Positions 13,429 through 26,253 of a stretch of 64,000 bases of DNA are shown piece after piece. Both the position numbers and the translations under genes were made by a program. Positions within the stretch are counted from its first letter, which is position 1; every line of letters begins with the position of its first letter. The stretch is from Phoronis australis (lineage: Eukaryota; Animalia; Phoronida), in assembly GCA_002633005.1 (NCBI GenBank), contig NMRA01000598.1, positions 192,198 through 256,197 on the forward strand. Direction: 5' to 3'. Below the pieces are notes generated by a model. The model was not told where the DNA came from. It did no database searches and was given only the letters and a program-made list of their open reading frames with translations.

Positions 13429-13885
13429 GACATTTTTTCCATGCCTTACTGAAAAAGATATATTTATACATACCTTATAGAATGTACTGTTGGCAATCCA
13501 TTGTTATGGCTATTTTGGTATTTATACTTAAATTTCAGATAAACAATAAACAAAATTCAAATCAGGAATGTGTTTTATTGTGTTTTGTTTAGTTTGACTA
13601 AAACTGGACCTTATCATGAACCTGCCAATAATCCATAGATAGTCTTTATGAATATTCATGTCACAGGCATACTGTCAGGGCCGTAATAATGTTTCCACTT
13701 CATATTTGCCAAGTAAAGCTTTAGTCCAGTTATCATGAATACCTAATAGCCTGGAAATAATTTGTTTACATTTTCTCAATAAGTAACAATTATGAGCACA
13801 TTTTCAGATAATTTATTTATTGGGTATTTGTCCGAAACATTTATGTTGAGTGCAAGATCAAATCTCTAGCCAGAGCTTTTGAAGG

Positions 13886-14730
13886 TGTTGTGTTTATGTT
13901 TACGTTAGAATCGGGCATGTGACTACAGCTGATGGGATGAGTGCAGTGTGTGGGTTGATGACTCTAGGAAACATGGCTTGTTATGTAATAGTGTTACTCA
14001 TATAGTTCCGTGCAGTAGTTGTAGTGAGTTCTATGTATAATTGGATATATTCCAAGAAATAACCTTTAAATATGGCCATGCTCGTAGTACAGCTATTCAT
14101 TGACAAGAGAATTCGGTGCCAAATTTGGTAAGGGCAAGTAAAATCACGAAAAATGACTAGATTAGTCATAGGGTTAGAATCATATAAATTCTGAATGAGT
14201 AGGCATTTTACAGCAGTTCAGAACGGAGATGTAAACGGGTTAAGACGTAGTGAAGCAGTTTATGAAGTTAAAACCGATGTAGCAGGACTTTGATTCCTAC
14301 ACAGAAGTAAGTAGTTATTTACTATTATTCGTATTGTAATGTTTAAGTAAAATGAGGTTTATTTAGAATTATTGTCAAATAGAAAGCTCAGAAATATGTT
14401 TGACTATTATGAAAAATAGCGTGAATAAGAAATAACGAAAGTTTAAATAGTTTAATACAAGTATGTTTGAATATGATGCAGTTATCATGGAAATTAGATC
14501 AGTAATGTGTTTAGATTTACCAAAATAACAAGCTAGGAATCTTATTACGGTAACTTATGTTGATATTGGAATTATAAATAGTGTTCGACAAGTAATTGTT
14601 ATTTAGATTAATTAGTTTCTAATATTTTGTAATTTGTTGTTTACAGATCGAATAAATATACTATCATTTATATGATTTAAAGAGGAATCCTAGTTCTCAT
14701 TGGTTTCGGCCTTGAGCCTGTCAGCGGTAC
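13886..14730 (+). repeat. 5' LTR of the BEL/Pao element (minimum extent)
   Basis: 5' end matches 20047-20123 and 21660-21733; 14657-14730 matches 21735-21808. Confidence 0.85.
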
Positions 14731-14757
14731 TCAGCATTCGATTTCTTGAGATAACGA

Positions 14758-17023
14758 TTGTTACGGACGTGCCCTGACTATGGAATTAGTGGAAACTGCC
14801 AGACGCGCCAGGAGGTCGCAGCGTTCACTAGAGTCAGCAATACTCTAGCTGAATTAATTGGAAGTGACGTGGACAAAACAAAAATACAGGAGTACTTTGA
14901 TAAGTTGTCCGTGGCGTATGGTAATTTGACGGACAAGCATGAGGCATATGTTTGTCACCTTGACGACGATGACCAGTATGAAGAAGAGGAACAGTGGTTG
15001 GAAACGATGCACAGAGCATTTGTAGACCACGAAATACGAGTGTTCCAGCTATGCAGCATCAAGGAAGAAAACAACGGGACAACTGAGCCAACCGACGAGA
15101 CGACTGAGACCGATGAGACAGCAGCGACTGTCACCGGAGATATAGCAGCGACCGGAGAGACAACAGAGACTGTGACCGGAGATACAGCAGCCGCTGCGAC
15201 CGAAGTGATGGCAACGACCGGAGAGATTACAGAAGCAGACGCAAGCAGTGTAAACGTTGTGACTGACAATGATAAACACTCAGTGTTTAAATTGGAAAAA
15301 CATAGACTTCTGAAGTTTGGAGGTGATGTAAGAGAATATGTAAGTTTTAAGGATGATTTCCAGTACATGGTTGGAAACAGATATAGCAAGAGGGATAGCA
15401 TAGCACTGTTAAGGAATAGCTTGCAAGGTAAGCCTCTTGATCTGATTAAGGGCTTAGGTTCAGATTATGATGCTGCTTGGGCTTATTTAGATTCAGTGTA
15501 CGGGGACCCACGTTATGTGGCTGATGTAGTTTTGCAAGATTTAAGTAAATTTAAAGGTTTACAGCCAGCCGAGGATAGCAGGTTTTGCGAATTAGTTCAC
15601 TTGTGCGCAGAAGTTATAATACTCTTAAATTAGTGGGGCGTCCATATGACATGGATAACAATCACATATTAGCTATTATTGAGCAACGCATGTGTCATGA
15701 AGATAGAAGGTTGTGGGCTCGCGAGTTAGAGCGCGAAAAAGATGAGGCATCACTTTCTAGGCTCCTGGAATGGATGAGCGGCGACATGAAGACTCGGATG
15801 CGTGCCTCAGCTGCGATTAGAACGAGTACACAGAATGCAAAATCCCTTCATCATGTATCCACCACAAGTAGCGAGCGACCCTCAGCCCACAAGTGTTGGC
15901 TGTGCAAATCATCAACACACTGGCCAGACCAATGCCAACAATTGAAACAGCTAACGCCAGAACAGCGACTGGCAAAAGTTAGAGAAGAACAAGTATGCTT
16001 CTGTTGCTTGAAGAAAACAAGCAAAAGCCACTGGTCCACCAATTGTTCCCGACGAAGGCAATGTCCAGATAAAGATGACGGCACCCAGTGCAGGTATCAC
16101 CACCATCCGCTTTTGCACACGCGCGTCAGTCAGAATGCACGACCAACAGGTTTCGTGTACGCAGCATCACAGAGTGGCGAAGTGCATGCGGCTTCACGAA
16201 GTGGCAAAGGTGATGTACTTTTACCAATTCTCACGACACAAGTTTGCGGCCAGAAAGGGAATAGGGACACTAATGTTTTAATAGATTCCGGAGCGCAGCT
16301 TAGCCTGATCACCACAGAATTAGCAAAAGAGTTAGGTGTTGAGGGGAAACTATTTCCATAGACATAACCAAGTTAGGAGGCGAGGTTGAACAGATGTCAA
16401 CCAAAGTTTACCAGGTAAAGGTAAAATCAAAACTAGATGGCAGTCTGCATAGGATAAAGGCAATAGGTATCCCGAACATCAGCAACGCGACATGAGAAGT
16501 TAGACTTGACGGGGCAGCACGAAAACTTGGGGTCAGTCCAAACCAGCTGACTAGAGAAGGCGGACCAATAGGCATTTTAATAGGAGTGGACCATCCTAGA
16601 GTACACGCAGGTCCCATGACAGAAATTGGAAAGTTAGTGGCAAGGCAAACACCACTTGGGTGGGTGGTGCTAGGGCCACTGGATGATGTAGTTAACAAAT
16701 TACATGACAGTCAGCGGGTCTTACATGTACAAATCAGACAGGATGTAGGCCTAGACATCACTGATTTTTGGAAAACTGAATCCATGGGTGCAGGCAACAA
16801 GTTCAATGATTGCGACGCAGGGAAATTAAATAAGACAGAAGCTGACGAGGAAAAAATAATTCGAGATTCCAGCAAGAAGGTTGGAAATCAGTGGTTGATT
16901 CCTTACCCTTGGGTCAAGGATCCTAAGCAGTTATCAAACAACAGAGTACAAGCAGAAAAAAGATTGGCTTCAACTGAGAAAAGGCTGCAGCAGAAAAACA
17001 TTGCGAAGGCATACGATCAGTAG
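14758..17023 (+). pseudogene. BEL/Pao gag-protease region, broken by frameshifts and stops
   Basis: Pao gag motifs (KFGGDVREYVSFKDDF...DYDAAWAYLDSVYG), three zinc knuckles (CWLC..HWPDQC; CFCC..HWSTNC; C..C..HHPLLH), protease LIDSGAQ, QTPLGWVVLG; split over ORFs 14758-15633, 15585-16361 and 16586-17023. Confidence 0.9.
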
Positions 17024-20002
17024 ATGATGGAGATGGAACAAATGAAGTTTAGTAGAAAAGTTAATTCTTACAAGGGACCAGTACACTACATAATGCATCA
17101 CCCTGTAGTGAGAATGGACAAGCCAAGTACCCCGGTAAGAATTGTTTTTAATTCATCTTCGTCATATGAAGGACACCGACTCAATGATTACTGGCTAAAA
17201 GGACCAGATTTGTTAAACAGTCTTTTTGGAGTAGTTTTGAGGTTCAGAGAAAACCATGTTGCCATTGTGGGAGATGTGTCCAAGATATACCACAGAATTC
17301 TAATTCCAGTAGAAGACCAGCATGTACACAGATTCTTGTGGAGAAATTTTGAGCAGCGAACACCAGATACCTATGTAAGCACGGTATTGACCTTTGGAGA
17401 TAAACCGGCACCAGCCATGGTACAGATAGCACTACGCAAGACAGGTGAAGAAAATGTTAAAAATTATCCAGAAGCAGCCAGAATATTGAAGATTAATACG
17501 TATATGGACGACATATGCGAATCGGCCAAGACTGAAAGCGAGGCACAGAGACTTAGCGAGGATGTGAATAAGGTACTCGCTACTGGAGGGTTTGCAGTAA
17601 AGGGATGGGCTTCCAACAGGAACCTACAATGCAACAAACAGGAAAACACAGAGCTAAATTCTTTGCATGGAATAGAGAAAGTATTGGGAATTTCATGGAA
17701 CAAGAACACAGATGAACTGACGTTCAAAACAGCACTGCAAGCAATTGTAAGTGACAAAGTGAGGTTGACCAAGAGAAAGATACTTAGTCAAGTAGCGAGG
17801 ATATTTGATCCTATTGGATTTGCAGCAGCAGTCATTATTAAAGCGAAGATAGGCATGCAGAAACTATGGCAGTTGGGCTTAGACTGGGATGAAGCTGTCC
17901 CACCAACGGTTAATGAAGAATGGTTAGCTCTCTTTGAAGAAATCGTACGCTTAGGTAACAGATCCTTTCAAAGATGCCTGACGCCAGCAGATGCTATTGG
18001 ATCACCAATGTTATGCATATTTTCTGATGCATCACAGGATGCATTTGGAGCATGTGCCTATGTAAGATGGAAGTTAAGCGATAGAAGTTTCGGAGTAAGA
18101 TTTATAGCAGGCAAGTCGAGAGTTGCACCTCTGAAGCAACTAACTATTCCAAGGCTTGAATTGCAGGCAGCGGTATTGGCTTCTCGTCTAGGAAAGACAA
18201 TTCAAGAAGAATCGAGATTTGCCTTTGAAGAAGTAAAATACTTCGTCGACAGCCAGATAGTCTTAGCATGGATTCACAGTCCATTTAGAAGTTTCAAGGC
18301 TTTTGTTTCAGCTAGAGTTGGAGAAATACAGAGTCATTCAAATCCAGCTCAATGGAGATTTATTCCAGGGACAGAAAATGTTGCAGATGACATATCCCGT
18401 GGAATTTCGGTAGAACAACTGAATCAGAGATGGCAAGAAGGCCCAGAGTTTCTGAAGAAATCTGAAGATGAATGGCCACAGAGTAAAGAAGATGGAAATG
18501 TTTTACAAGAAGATACACAAGAACGCAAGAAGGTTCACGTGATTCAAGAAGTAGAAAGAATTCAACTAGTTGTTGATTGTACAAGATTCTCCAATTGGCG
18601 TAAACTATTACGAGTTACAGCACTGGTTTTAAAGATGCAAGAAAAAATACGCAGACGACGACAAGGCAATCGGCAAGAGTTTACAGTACTACCACCGTCT
18701 CCAGCGGACATTCTGAGAGCAGAGAATTACTGGGTCAGAGAAGCACAGAAAGAACTTAAGAATAGAATACAGGATGGCGCTTTTGTGACACTTTCACCTT
18801 TCACTGATGAGGAAGGGCTGATACGTGTTGGTGGTAGAATTGACAAAGCAAATCTACCATATGAATCAAGACATCCAGTATTGTTACCGCACAGTCACTA
18901 TATCTCGAAGTTGATTGCAGTTCAGATGCACAGAATAGGACATAGTGGAGTTGCAGCGACAACGGCAAAAATCAGACAAAGATTTTGGATCCTGAAAGCA
19001 CACGACTTAGTAAAGCGCATCAAATATCAATGTACCTTTTGCAGAGAAATGAACGCAAGACTAGAGACACAGTTTATGGCTGATTTACCAGAAAGAAGAC
19101 TTATGCCATACACACCCCCATTTCTTCATGCATCATGCGACTATTTTGGACCTTACAATGTAAAGATTGGTAGAAACAAGACAACGAAGCATTATGGAGT
19201 AATCTTCACATGTCTGAATACCGGAGCAGTCCATTTGGAGATGGCTACAGATTGTTCAACGATGGAGTATCTCCAAGTGCTCAGAAGATTCTTCTCCATA
19301 AGAGGATACCCTCAGACACTCACAAGCGATAATGGTGCTCAATTTGTAGGAGCAGAAAGAGAGCTTCGTGAGATGATCAGAGGATGGGACATACAAGCGA
19401 TACAAGAGTTTGGCGTAGAAAAGAGTATGAAATGGCAATTCATTACTCCAACAGCACCACATCAGAATGGTCGTGCTGAAGCACTGGTGAAGACATGTAA
19501 AGCAGCACCTAAAGCAGCAATTGCAGCGCAGTTACTCACACCATTTGAGTTATACACGTGTCTACTGGAAGTGGCTAACTTGTTGAACCAGCGTCCAATA
19601 GGAAGAATTCCTAATGACCCAGATGATGGTTCATATTTGTGTCCAAATCACATACTTTTGGGAAGAGCAACACCAAATGCACCTCAAGGTCCATTCAAAG
19701 AAACTCGCAATCCTAGACACCGAGTAGAGTTTGTACAACGACTTATAGATTCCTTTTGGAAAAGATGGTCAAGAGATGTCTTACCAACATTGGTACCAAG
19801 GACCAGATGGAATTACCAGAGAAGAAATGTCAGCATCGGAGATGTTGTAGTCATTGCTGACCCGAATGCTCTAAGAGGGAAATGGACTCTTGGAAAAGTC
19901 GAGCAGGTTTTTCCAGGTGCTGACGGACGGGTTAGAAATATTGATGTTCCCACTAGTAAGGGATTATTAAGTAGACCAGTTACTAAAGTAGCAGTGATAT
20001 AA
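17024..20002 (+). CDS. BEL/Pao pol (RT, RNaseH, integrase)
   Basis: RT YMDD; Pao RNaseH IFSDASQDAFGA...KSRVAP..TIPRLELQAA; HHCC zinc finger; integrase DYFGP / SDNG / GRAE; C-terminal FWKRWSRD...W.LGKV..VFPG.DG.VR. Confidence 0.93.
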   Translation: MMEMEQMKFSRKVNSYKGPVHYIMHHPVVRMDKPSTPVRIVFNSSSSYEGHRLNDYWLKGPDLLNSLFGVVLRFRENHVAIVGDVSKIYHRILIPVEDQHVHRFLWRNFEQRTPDTYVSTVLTFGDKPAPAMVQIALRKTGEENVKNYPEAARILKINTYMDDICESAKTESEAQRLSEDVNKVLATGGFAVKGWASNRNLQCNKQENTELNSLHGIEKVLGISWNKNTDELTFKTALQAIVSDKVRLTKRKILSQVARIFDPIGFAAAVIIKAKIGMQKLWQLGLDWDEAVPPTVNEEWLALFEEIVRLGNRSFQRCLTPADAIGSPMLCIFSDASQDAFGACAYVRWKLSDRSFGVRFIAGKSRVAPLKQLTIPRLELQAAVLASRLGKTIQEESRFAFEEVKYFVDSQIVLAWIHSPFRSFKAFVSARVGEIQSHSNPAQWRFIPGTENVADDISRGISVEQLNQRWQEGPEFLKKSEDEWPQSKEDGNVLQEDTQERKKVHVIQEVERIQLVVDCTRFSNWRKLLRVTALVLKMQEKIRRRRQGNRQEFTVLPPSPADILRAENYWVREAQKELKNRIQDGAFVTLSPFTDEEGLIRVGGRIDKANLPYESRHPVLLPHSHYISKLIAVQMHRIGHSGVAATTAKIRQRFWILKAHDLVKRIKYQCTFCREMNARLETQFMADLPERRLMPYTPPFLHASCDYFGPYNVKIGRNKTTKHYGVIFTCLNTGAVHLEMATDCSTMEYLQVLRRFFSIRGYPQTLTSDNGAQFVGAERELREMIRGWDIQAIQEFGVEKSMKWQFITPTAPHQNGRAEALVKTCKAAPKAAIAAQLLTPFELYTCLLEVANLLNQRPIGRIPNDPDDGSYLCPNHILLGRATPNAPQGPFKETRNPRHRVEFVQRLIDSFWKRWSRDVLPTLVPRTRWNYQRRNVSIGDVVVIADPNALRGKWTLGKVEQVFPGADGRVRNIDVPTSKGLLSRPVTKVAVI

Positions 20003-20124
20003 CCAGTAGAGGGGCATGAGGACTAACTCCTCATAGGGGGGGAGGGTGTTGTGTTTATGTTTATGTTAGAATCGGGCATGTGACTACAGCTGATGGGATG
20101 AGTGCAGTGTGTGGGTTGATGACN

Positions 20125-21733
20125 AGATACACAAGAACGCAAGAAGGTTCACGTGATTCAAGAAGTAGAAAGAATTCAACTAGTTGTTGATTGTACAAGA
20201 ATCTCCAATTGGCGTAAACTATTACGAGTTACAGCATTGGTTCTAAAGATGCAATAAAAAATACGCAGACGACGACAAGGCAATCGGCAAGAGTTTACAA
20301 TACTACCACTGTCTCCAGCGGACATTCTGACAGCAAAGAATTACGGGGTCAGAGAAGCACAGAAAGAACTTAAGAATAGAATGCAGGATGGCGCTTTTGT
20401 AACACTTTCACCTTTCACTGATGAGGAAGGGCTGATACGTGTTGGTGGTAGAATTGACAAAGCAAATCTACCATATGAATCAAGACATCCAGTATTGTTA
20501 CCGCACAGTCACTATATATCGAAGTTGATTGCAGCTCAGATGCACAGAATAGGACATAGTGGAGTTGCAGCGACAACTGCAAAAATTAGACAAAAGTTTT
20601 GGATCCTGAAAGCACACGACTTATTAAAGCGCATCAAATATCAATGTACATTTTGCAGAGAAATGAACGCGAGACTTGAGACACAGTTTGTGGCTGATTT
20701 ACCAGAAAGAAGACTTATGCCATACACAACCCCATTTCTCCATGCATCATGCGATTTTTTTGGACCTTACAATGTAAAGATTGGCAGAAACAAGACAACG
20801 AAGCATTATGGAGTAATCTTCACATGTCTGAATACCGGAGCAGTCCATTTGGAGTTGGCTACAGATTGTTCAACGATGGAATATCTGCAAGTGCTTAGAA
20901 GATTCTTCTCCATAAGAGGATACCCTCAGACACTCACAAGCGATAATGGTACTCAATTTGTAGGAGCAGAAAGAGAGCTTCGTGCGATGATCAGAGGATG
21001 GGACATACAAGCGATACAAGAGTTTGGCGTAGAAAAGAGTATGAAATGGCAATTCATTACTCCAACAGCACCACATCAGAATGGTCGTGCTGAAGCACTG
21101 GTGAAGACATGTAAAGCAGCGCTTAAAGCAGCAATTGCAACGCAGTTACTCACACCATTTGAGTTATACACGTGTCTACTGGAAGTGGCTAACTTGGTGA
21201 ACCAGCGTCCAATAGGAAGAATTCCTAATGATCCAGATGATGGTTCATATTTGTGTCCAAATCACATGCTTTTGGGAAGAGCAACACCAAATGCACCTCA
21301 AGGTCCATTCAAAGAATCTCGCAATCCTAGACACCGAGTAGAGTTTGTTCAACGACTTATAGATTCCTTTTGGAAAAGATGGTCTAGAGATGTCTTACCA
21401 ACATTGGTACCAAGGAACAGATGGAATTACCAGAGAAGAAATGTCAGCATCGGAGATGTTGTAGTCATTGCTGATCCTAATGCTCTAAGAGGGAAATGGA
21501 CTCTTGGAAAGGTCGAGCAGGTTTTTCCAGGTGTTGACGGACGGGTTAGAAATATTGATGTTCGCACTAGTAAGGGATTATTAAGTAGACCAGTTACTAA
21601 AGTAGCAGTGATATACCCAGTAGAGGGGTATGAGGACTAACTCCTCATGGGGGGGAGGGTGTTGTGTTTATGTTTATGTTAGAATCGGGCATGTGACTAC
21701 AGCTTATGGGATGAGTGCAGCGTGTGGGTTGAT
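20125..21733 (+). mobile_element. Diverged duplicate of the BEL/Pao integrase, PPT and LTR start (ORF 20381-21640)
   Basis: Begins right after N20124 with sequence matching 18511 onward, carries scattered substitutions and ends at N21734. Confidence 0.9.
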
Positions 21734-22192
21734 NTATACTATCATTTATATGATTTAAAGAGGAATCCTAGTTCTCATTGGTTTCGGCCTTGAGCCTGTC
21801 AGCGGTACAGCGACTATCAAATGCACCTTGCCAGTCGCCATTAGAGCTACAATACCAACTAGAGTACTTTACATGTACATGTAGTGGCACGTGTACCATG
21901 GCCCCTCAGGCCCTCACCCGGCCGGCCAACAGATGATATACTGTAGTTAACGATCGAGTCGACTCAGTCACCGAGAACGGGGAAACAACATCAAAGGAAT
22001 CGATGACACTTCGTGCAAAGTATGTCCGATAAGCAAGTCGGCTGGTACAATTATAATTTACGAAAGGGTAGCATAGGAAATGTTTACGTCTGAAAGCCTT
22101 GATGCATAATCTAAGATAATACACGCTGATCTTGGCTTCAAAAGCAAAAAAAAAATGCCTATGACCTCCCCGGCTCCCCATCCTCCTTCATC

Positions 22193-22350
22193 TGAAATGA
22201 AATGGGCGATGAACAATCCGGCTGTGAATAACAACTTAATTACAAACTGAAAATGAAAACGGTTTCAGTTTGTTCAACGTTATTTCCCGGCCGAGAACTA
22301 CTAGCTGATTCAGGTCACTTGTTCCTAAAATAGAAAACCGGGAAAATCCC
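22193..22350. promoter_or_regulatory. Candidate IRF/ISRE + AP-1-like + NF-kB motif cluster
   Basis: GAAAATGAAA (GAAANNGAAA) at 22249-22258 within inverted caaactgaaa/tttcagtttg; TGATTCA near 22306; GGAAAATCCC (reverse GGGATTTTCC) at 22341-22350. Confidence 0.4.
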
Positions 22351-23442
22351 ACTGATAGTACAAATGTTTACGGCACGGCACTATTTTACTTACGCCCCTC
22401 GACAAACCTTATCAGAGGCTGGTACCAAGCGGCATGAGCACATGAGACAACCTGGCGACAACAATGGCGGTAGGTTACGGTTTGGGATAGAAATGTCCAA
22501 ATCACGGGCGGTAACAACGTCACTAAATTCAAGAGCTGAACCGATAAATTAGTTAGGCCTACACGTGCAACAACGGACTGTCCGCCTGGTCATGGCGAGG
22601 AAAATAAGTCTTTCACGCGTTAACTTAGAGAAAAGCAAATCGAGGCACGCTAGTTGTTTTCAAGGGCCGGTAAACTCAAAGAGCGTCGCTTTAGCACAGT
22701 TTCGTTGTACAGTGAGTAGGCTACTGAGAGAATTTAGGTCATCGTGTCGCTAAGTAGCGGTATATTGTGCGCAAGTTACACTGTATGCAAGTACATCAAC
22801 TTGGTATGTCTGTCAGCTGTGCACCGCGTCGAATGGACGAGGGTAATGACAAGGTAATAACCTAGTAGATCTCCATCATGGCATCATGTTAATTTCCTAC
22901 TTGAGGACTCTGCGGCCGTTTGTTACCGGGCTATGATGATGACCTGCATCTCGCCGAGTCCGCAGTCGCCTGTCACCAATTTGAGCGACAGAACATCATC
23001 AAGTTAACATTGATCAACTTCATTTCTAAAGTTGCAGGTTAAATACTTTAAACATTATTGGTGCAGTTAGGTTACTATCTACTCACCAGATCAGTGGATT
23101 TGAAAGGTGAAAGTTGCGTTGCTAATATATCAAGCCTTGACCTAATTTTCTGTCGTGGGATGCCCTCAGCAGCAGGGGTTTTATACTTATTTTGTTGACC
23201 GCAATTTATGGCTTTGGTTTACAAGCTAGGTGAAGTACAGCAACTACTCTACCGGTCAACTCAAGATTTGTAAATTACTTGTTATTGGCTATTTCATTTC
23301 CTACAGGTACATTAGCGAATTTGTTGTATGCATATCTATACGCTAGAAAAATCTGATCTGATAACCTAACTCGACTCTTTTGTTATAGGGTAATTTCTTG
23401 GAAAATCGTGGTTTCATAACACAACTGGATCTCGCTGAGACC

Positions 23443-23774
23443 AGGGCCCGGAATCTAATATTTGTTGTCGAAATGAACTCGAAAATTATTTTTAGCAGTA
23501 TCGAAGTCAAGAAAAGTGGTTATTAGACAGTGCTCGAATACCTTAAAGTTTATTACGAATTTCTAGTCCTAGTTTGCACTTGATGACACAATTATATTTG
23601 TGCTACAACCTCCAGTAAAAACTCGAAATTTCGAATACAAACTCGAATTTTTAGCCTTTTGTGTCCTTCAGCATAGGATAATAGACACTTATCTTGAGTT
23701 CAACAAAAGTAGAGTAGAAAATGCCAAACATAATTTCGAGTTCATTTCGAGTAAAACGATTAGAACCGGACCCC
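23443..23774. mobile_element. Degenerate PIF/Harbinger-like MITE
   Basis: gggcccggaatctaat ... attagaaccggacccc termini, plus inner inverted similarity (tcgaaatgaactcgaaa / tttcgagttcatttcga). Confidence 0.55.
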
Positions 23775-24835
23775 GCCATGGGCTGTGCCCATAGGATTTT
23801 AATTTAACCACGTTTGTCATTACCTTCGTGTTGGTTATTTTGGTGCTTTTAACGTCGGCAATTAAACTTCTTTATGAGAATAAAAAGTCCTTGTTGCTTG
23901 AACTTGCACATTTTTGTGAAATTAGACATTTTGTAACTTGAAAGTCTCCCCAAGCCTGAGACATCTAATTTAAATTTCTATTACTGCAAATAATATTTCT
24001 AGAAAATATTGTTGCCAGAGGTTGCATTAAGGTGGTGTTGGAAACTGCCACTTTCTACTTTTAGAACATACATTTAAACTCTTCAGTTTTGCTAGTAGAT
24101 ACTTGGCGAAATACACAGGTGTGTCAATAAAGTCATAAACTGTACATGACTTTAATTATGTCATTAGAATGCACAATTTCTTATTTTTTCATAATTTTTA
24201 GGTTGAAATTCCTGAATTGATGTCTTTCACCTGGTGGTGAAGTTTGGACCAAACTTCTTTTGAAGTTGTGTAAAGAAATTTATAACCATAACTGACTGTT
24301 ATGAGTGAATTTGATGAAATGTTTACTGCTGTACTGTTTCATGTGTAATTGGTTTACACTTAATTGCCCAAAACAAGCATTAAACTTACACAAGAGTGTG
24401 ATAAAGAATCATCATTTTGTTTCTAAATATTTTACGACATGTGGATTCCAAGTTAAGAACATTATTACTAGCTTTACACCAATCCAGCATTTATGTTATC
24501 AAGTAACGTGTGGGCATTTACAATTTAATAAAAATAGAAGTGAACCGTAAAATTTCTAGACAAAATGCAGTCTTACTACTTGATCAAATTTTATAAAAAT
24601 TGGCATCTGTTGCGGTTTTGATTAACAACTCCAGTCATGCAATTTTTGAATGTTTTGATTCATGAATTTGTTTAAAATGAAAGTGTTAGTAGTTTCTAAA
24701 AACAGTAAACTTAAGGCAGTGCCAACACTAAGTTAAAAGGAGGTTGTCCCTATATCCAATATTCTTTCACTTTACAACATACTCTCCGCCCCCCTCCTTC
24801 CCCACTGCCCCCTCACAGCATTCCAGAACAGTGGG

Positions 24836-26243
24836 AAGAGAGAGGGAGAGGGAGAGGGAGAGGGAGAGGGAAACACTTTTATTTACATTAAATTGTAATA
24901 ATACAATGGTTAAAATTCGATTTCAATTAGGCCTTCTAAAGGTTATTGACGGCTAATAAGAAGGTCCCCTGTACAAAATAAACAAATGGAAATGCAAAAA
25001 TCAGTAGGAATAGGTGAGGAAGCCATATATATATATTACATACTTAAGAAAACAAAGTGAATTAGCGCTGAAAACGACCGACCCGCCAGGAACCAAGAAG
25101 TGGACTGGCGCAGCGTAGGAGATTTTGAGAATACAATTAGATACTGTTGTATATAAAGCAATTGGAAATATGACAAACTGGATCTTAGTTGCTAATAATA
25201 AAATTTGTTAAGAACCTGGAGAATGCTCGCAAATAATGTGTTTTTATTATATTTTTAGAGCAGAGACTGGTATTTCGTTGTTGTTTATAAGTCGAGGAAT
25301 TTCAAATCTAGTACAGGCTCTTGATGACAGTTTGTTGGACGGAGGAATTAAATTTTTGAGTTGTATTGTCGGAATAGCAACTGAGTATTGATTCAGGTAT
25401 ATAGGAGTTTTAATGTGTCTGGTTGGTTTATATTGGACGGGTTTACTTAAGAAGTTGTTGGTGTAAAAATACTTAGGAAGCTGATTATTGAGGAATTTGT
25501 AGCAAAATTTTGCAGTTGAGATTTTAAAGATGTCTTGAAGTAGAGGGAGGCGAAGTTTCTTACATATGGGCAGAGCGTGAGCATTATAACTGGAATTTGA
25601 TATATTCCGAAGGATTCTCTTCTGGGCTGTCTGGAGTTTCTTAGTGTAGCCGAAACCCCACGTTACAATGCCGTAGTTTAAATGTGGGAAGACAAGTGAA
25701 TTATATATTAACTTGAGAGCTGGAAGAGGAAGATAATATTTCAGTTGATATATGAATCCACCGAGATTGTTAAGTTTGTTTGGGATGAGGTTTATGTGGG
25801 GGGACCATGAGAGGTTTTTGTCAACGGTAATACCAAGGAAAGGAAAACTGTTCACATGACACATTGTTTTGTTACTTATATAAATGGTGGGAATAATAGA
25901 CATCTCAATTTTCTTTTGCGGGTATTGGAAGATCGTTAATTTACGTTTTGATGTGTTAATTGAAAGTTTGTTCAGGGAAAACCAGTCTGAAATAGATTTA
26001 AGGTTGTTGTTGATGGTGGTTGATTGCTGTAAAGTGTGTTGGGAAGATTCAGTTAGTCTGTAAGGTGTGACGAGGCAAGTGTCGTCAGCATAAAGAAGTG
26101 TCCATGGGAGAAGAAAACGGAAGATCACTTATGTAAATTAAGAAGAGAAGTGGGCCATGGACAGATTCTTGGGGAACTCGGATAGATATTGGTAACCAAC
26201 TGGAAGTTGTATCTCTTAGTGAAACATATTGTCTAACACTCCA
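24836..26243 (-). mobile_element. 5'-truncated CR1/L2-type LINE (RT C-terminal half, 3' UTR, microsatellite tail)
   Basis: RVPQESVHGPLLFLIYISDLP (26125-26185) then LLYADDT...WFSLNKLSIN..K...FLGITVDKNLSW..HI...YNSLVFPHLNYG...W (ORF 25247-26128); ends at AATAAA plus (CCCTCT)n. Confidence 0.88.
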
Positions 26244-26253
26244 TGACGTACAC

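Larger units (their letters stand above)
13886..21808 (+). mobile_element. BEL/Pao LTR retrotransposon, defective copy; 3' part present twice across assembly gaps
   Basis: LTR starts TGTTGTG at 13886, 20047 and 21660, the latter two preceded by a polypurine tract (GGGGGGGAGGG); domain order gag - protease - RT - RNaseH - integrase; single N at 20124 and 21734. Confidence 0.95.

Noticed and set aside
14695-14730. Hammerhead-like CTGACA-GGCT-CAA-GGCC-GAAAC on the minus strand of the BEL LTR (also near 21775-21805)
   Set aside because: The core lacks the invariant G of CUGANGA and no convincing stems I/III were seen.
17021-17023. Programmed stop-codon readthrough between gag-pro and pol
   Set aside because: BEL/Pao elements normally use one ORF and this copy has other frameshifts and stops; a CAG>TAG mutation is simpler.
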